Source of the DNA: Phyllobates terribilis
Lineage: Eukaryota
NCBI RefSeq assembly: GCF_046119375.1
Contig: NW_027362761.1
Location: 534,378,001-534,442,000, forward strand
Reading direction: 5' to 3'
Length of the DNA stretch: 64,000 nucleotides
Every line of letters starts with the position of its first letter. Position 1 is the stretch's first letter. Both the position numbers and the translations under genes were made by a program. Below are positions 62,138-64,000 of the stretch, in pieces. The notes under the pieces were generated by a model. The model did no database searches. It saw only the letters and a list, made by a program, of their open reading frames with translations, and had not been told where the DNA came from.

Positions 62138-64000
62138 GTTAGTGTTTAGAACGATGTGATACGTACTCGGCACCCTGAGACAATGCTTTTCTTATTGCCA
62201 CTGAATTTCATTTATATATCTTGGAGGATCAGTCACCAGATTTCCAACACAAACTGTACACATAATGCAACCGTTCGCTCGAATGGATGTATCGTTAAAG
62301 GGATATTCCCATCTCCAATATCATATCCCAATATGTAGTATATGTAATAATAATAATATTACCTCCAGTTAGAAATGTAGTAAAGTTTTTCTGATTAGCT
62401 ATGTCACTTACCACATGAGCAGGGCATTGAAGTAGCTTGCAAAAAAACAAGCCCCTAATCAGATATGTCATCTGTTAGCAGAAATGTTTTTCCAACTTAT
62501 TATGCAAATTGCATAAAGGGTTGATTGTTACTTTTTGGATTGCTACTTCCAATAGGTGGCACTATAGAGTTCAAGTCCTCTTTTTCTCTGAAGAGGCAAT
62601 TTGCATATTAAATTTCCCAGAGAAGCATTGCACGGCGAATAAGCCTCCTTACCTTGACATGCCAGAGCCGGTATGTCATTCTCCACAAGGGGAAACGTTA
62701 CTCCAACTTATTAGTAGCTCAGAGGCGCTGGAACAGTGAAAACAAAGAACAATCCAGTAAAAGTCACTTTCTTAAAGCCAATGTCCTAATTTCTGAGCCC
62801 CTCAGAGGGTCATTGCTATACAGGGGAGAACACACTTATAGGGATTGTTCGGCCTTAGGCTACAAATCTACTCTATGTGACTCCAGACATGAGTCCTCAC
62901 ATCGCGCGCCCTGTGTACTGTGAGGATTCTCTGCTGCCGGCGCTGGGAACAGGTAGTCTTGTGACTGCAAGTATGTGATTTGAACTGGTCGCATTCCGAC
63001 TAGACGTTGCTTTTGGTAGCATTCTGACTAGGCGTTGCGTCTGGCCTCGCTTAATACACTTGTATTGAGTGAGGCCGCTTGTATAGTCAGCACGTGACCA
63101 CATGTATGCGACGTGCATCCTTGGAGTGATGCTCCCGGCATCGGAAAATCCTCACAGTGCTCATCCAAAGACCGGACAAACCCTTTAAAAGTGTGTTTTT
63201 TCACATCTAATCATTGATGAGCTATTTGCTAGAATTCTTACACATGGCACACCCATCAATCAGCTGAAACAGGACTTAAACAGGCCACAGACGACTACCG
63301 CACTTTATCTCCCATTGATGTCAATGTACTGCAGGACTCGGCAACGACCAACTAGCAATTCAGCTCATACATGACTTAGTTCGGGCTGTTGCTAGAGTAG
63401 TATTCAGCTGATTGGTTGGCAGTCTAGGGCCCTGCAAATGGTGCCTACAGACTACTCCAGAAACTCTGCTGTCCTGGCATATCGTGGACTCTGCAAATGC
63501 GACATGGCGTCCGCTATTGATTCCAGCCAGATTCACTCTTTAAAAGTCAAATTGTGCTCCTTCCTTTCTGAGCCCTTCTTTGCACCCAGACAGTAGTTTT
63601 TTGACCATACAAGGGCTATCGCTGCATTTGGAAGAAATGACGCATCAACTGTGAGGTCCATTTTTCGCTATTATTCTTGTGAAAAAAGTAATTTAATTCG
63701 CCTTTGAATTAATACTTATCAAGCACCTGAAGGGTTAATACATTTGTTAAATACAGTTTTGAAAATTTGTAGGGTGCAGCTTTTAAAATAGGGTCTTGTT
63801 TGCAGGTTTTTTGACCTTTAGGCCCCTCAATGTCAGTTCAAAAGTAAAACGGTCCCTAAAAAATAGGGTTTGTAAATTTCCTTGAAAAGAATTGAAAAGT
63901 TACTGCTAAACTTTGATCCCTAAGAACATAAAAAGTTTTAAAACTGAATGCCGACGTAAATTAGACATGTGGTAAATGTTGCTTTCAATTTTTACGCCCT

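Noticed and set aside
62800-62850. MTREX exon 7 (LLYRGE resembles MLYRGS)
   Set aside because: No suitable acceptor, and no ILRSM or EVMREVAWVIFDE context; exon 7 lies outside the window.

Overview
This is vertebrate (anuran, probably hyloid frog) genomic DNA carrying two divergent RNA-helicase genes. DHX29 lies on the minus strand: 20 coding exons were reconstructed from the ATG at 34470 down to 5092, and the 3' exons fall outside the window. MTREX/SKIV2L2 lies on the plus strand: 6 exons were reconstructed from the ATG at 48911 to 62137, and the gene continues beyond the window. All exon phases chain without frameshifts. The introns and the 14.4 kb between the two ATGs are filled with repeats: a degenerate DIRS retrotransposon plus a second DIRS-like element and a terminal remnant, a 7.7 kb L1 with nested insertions, several Tc1 elements, a CR1 fragment, a V-SINE, many TTAA-, TWA- and 8-bp-TSD MITEs, and three minisatellites. 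No prokaryote-type system, CRISPR array or RNA gene is supported. The most notable signals concern splicing and 5' architecture: two consecutive GC-AG introns in DHX29; a 65-bp tandem repeat that duplicates one GC donor out of frame; an ATG exon 14 kb from the shared promoter, with a uAUG-rich candidate leader exon; an apparent intron in the L1 5' UTR; and a sense-oriented DIRS acceptor in intron 20. Family names come from recalled motifs, not database searches.
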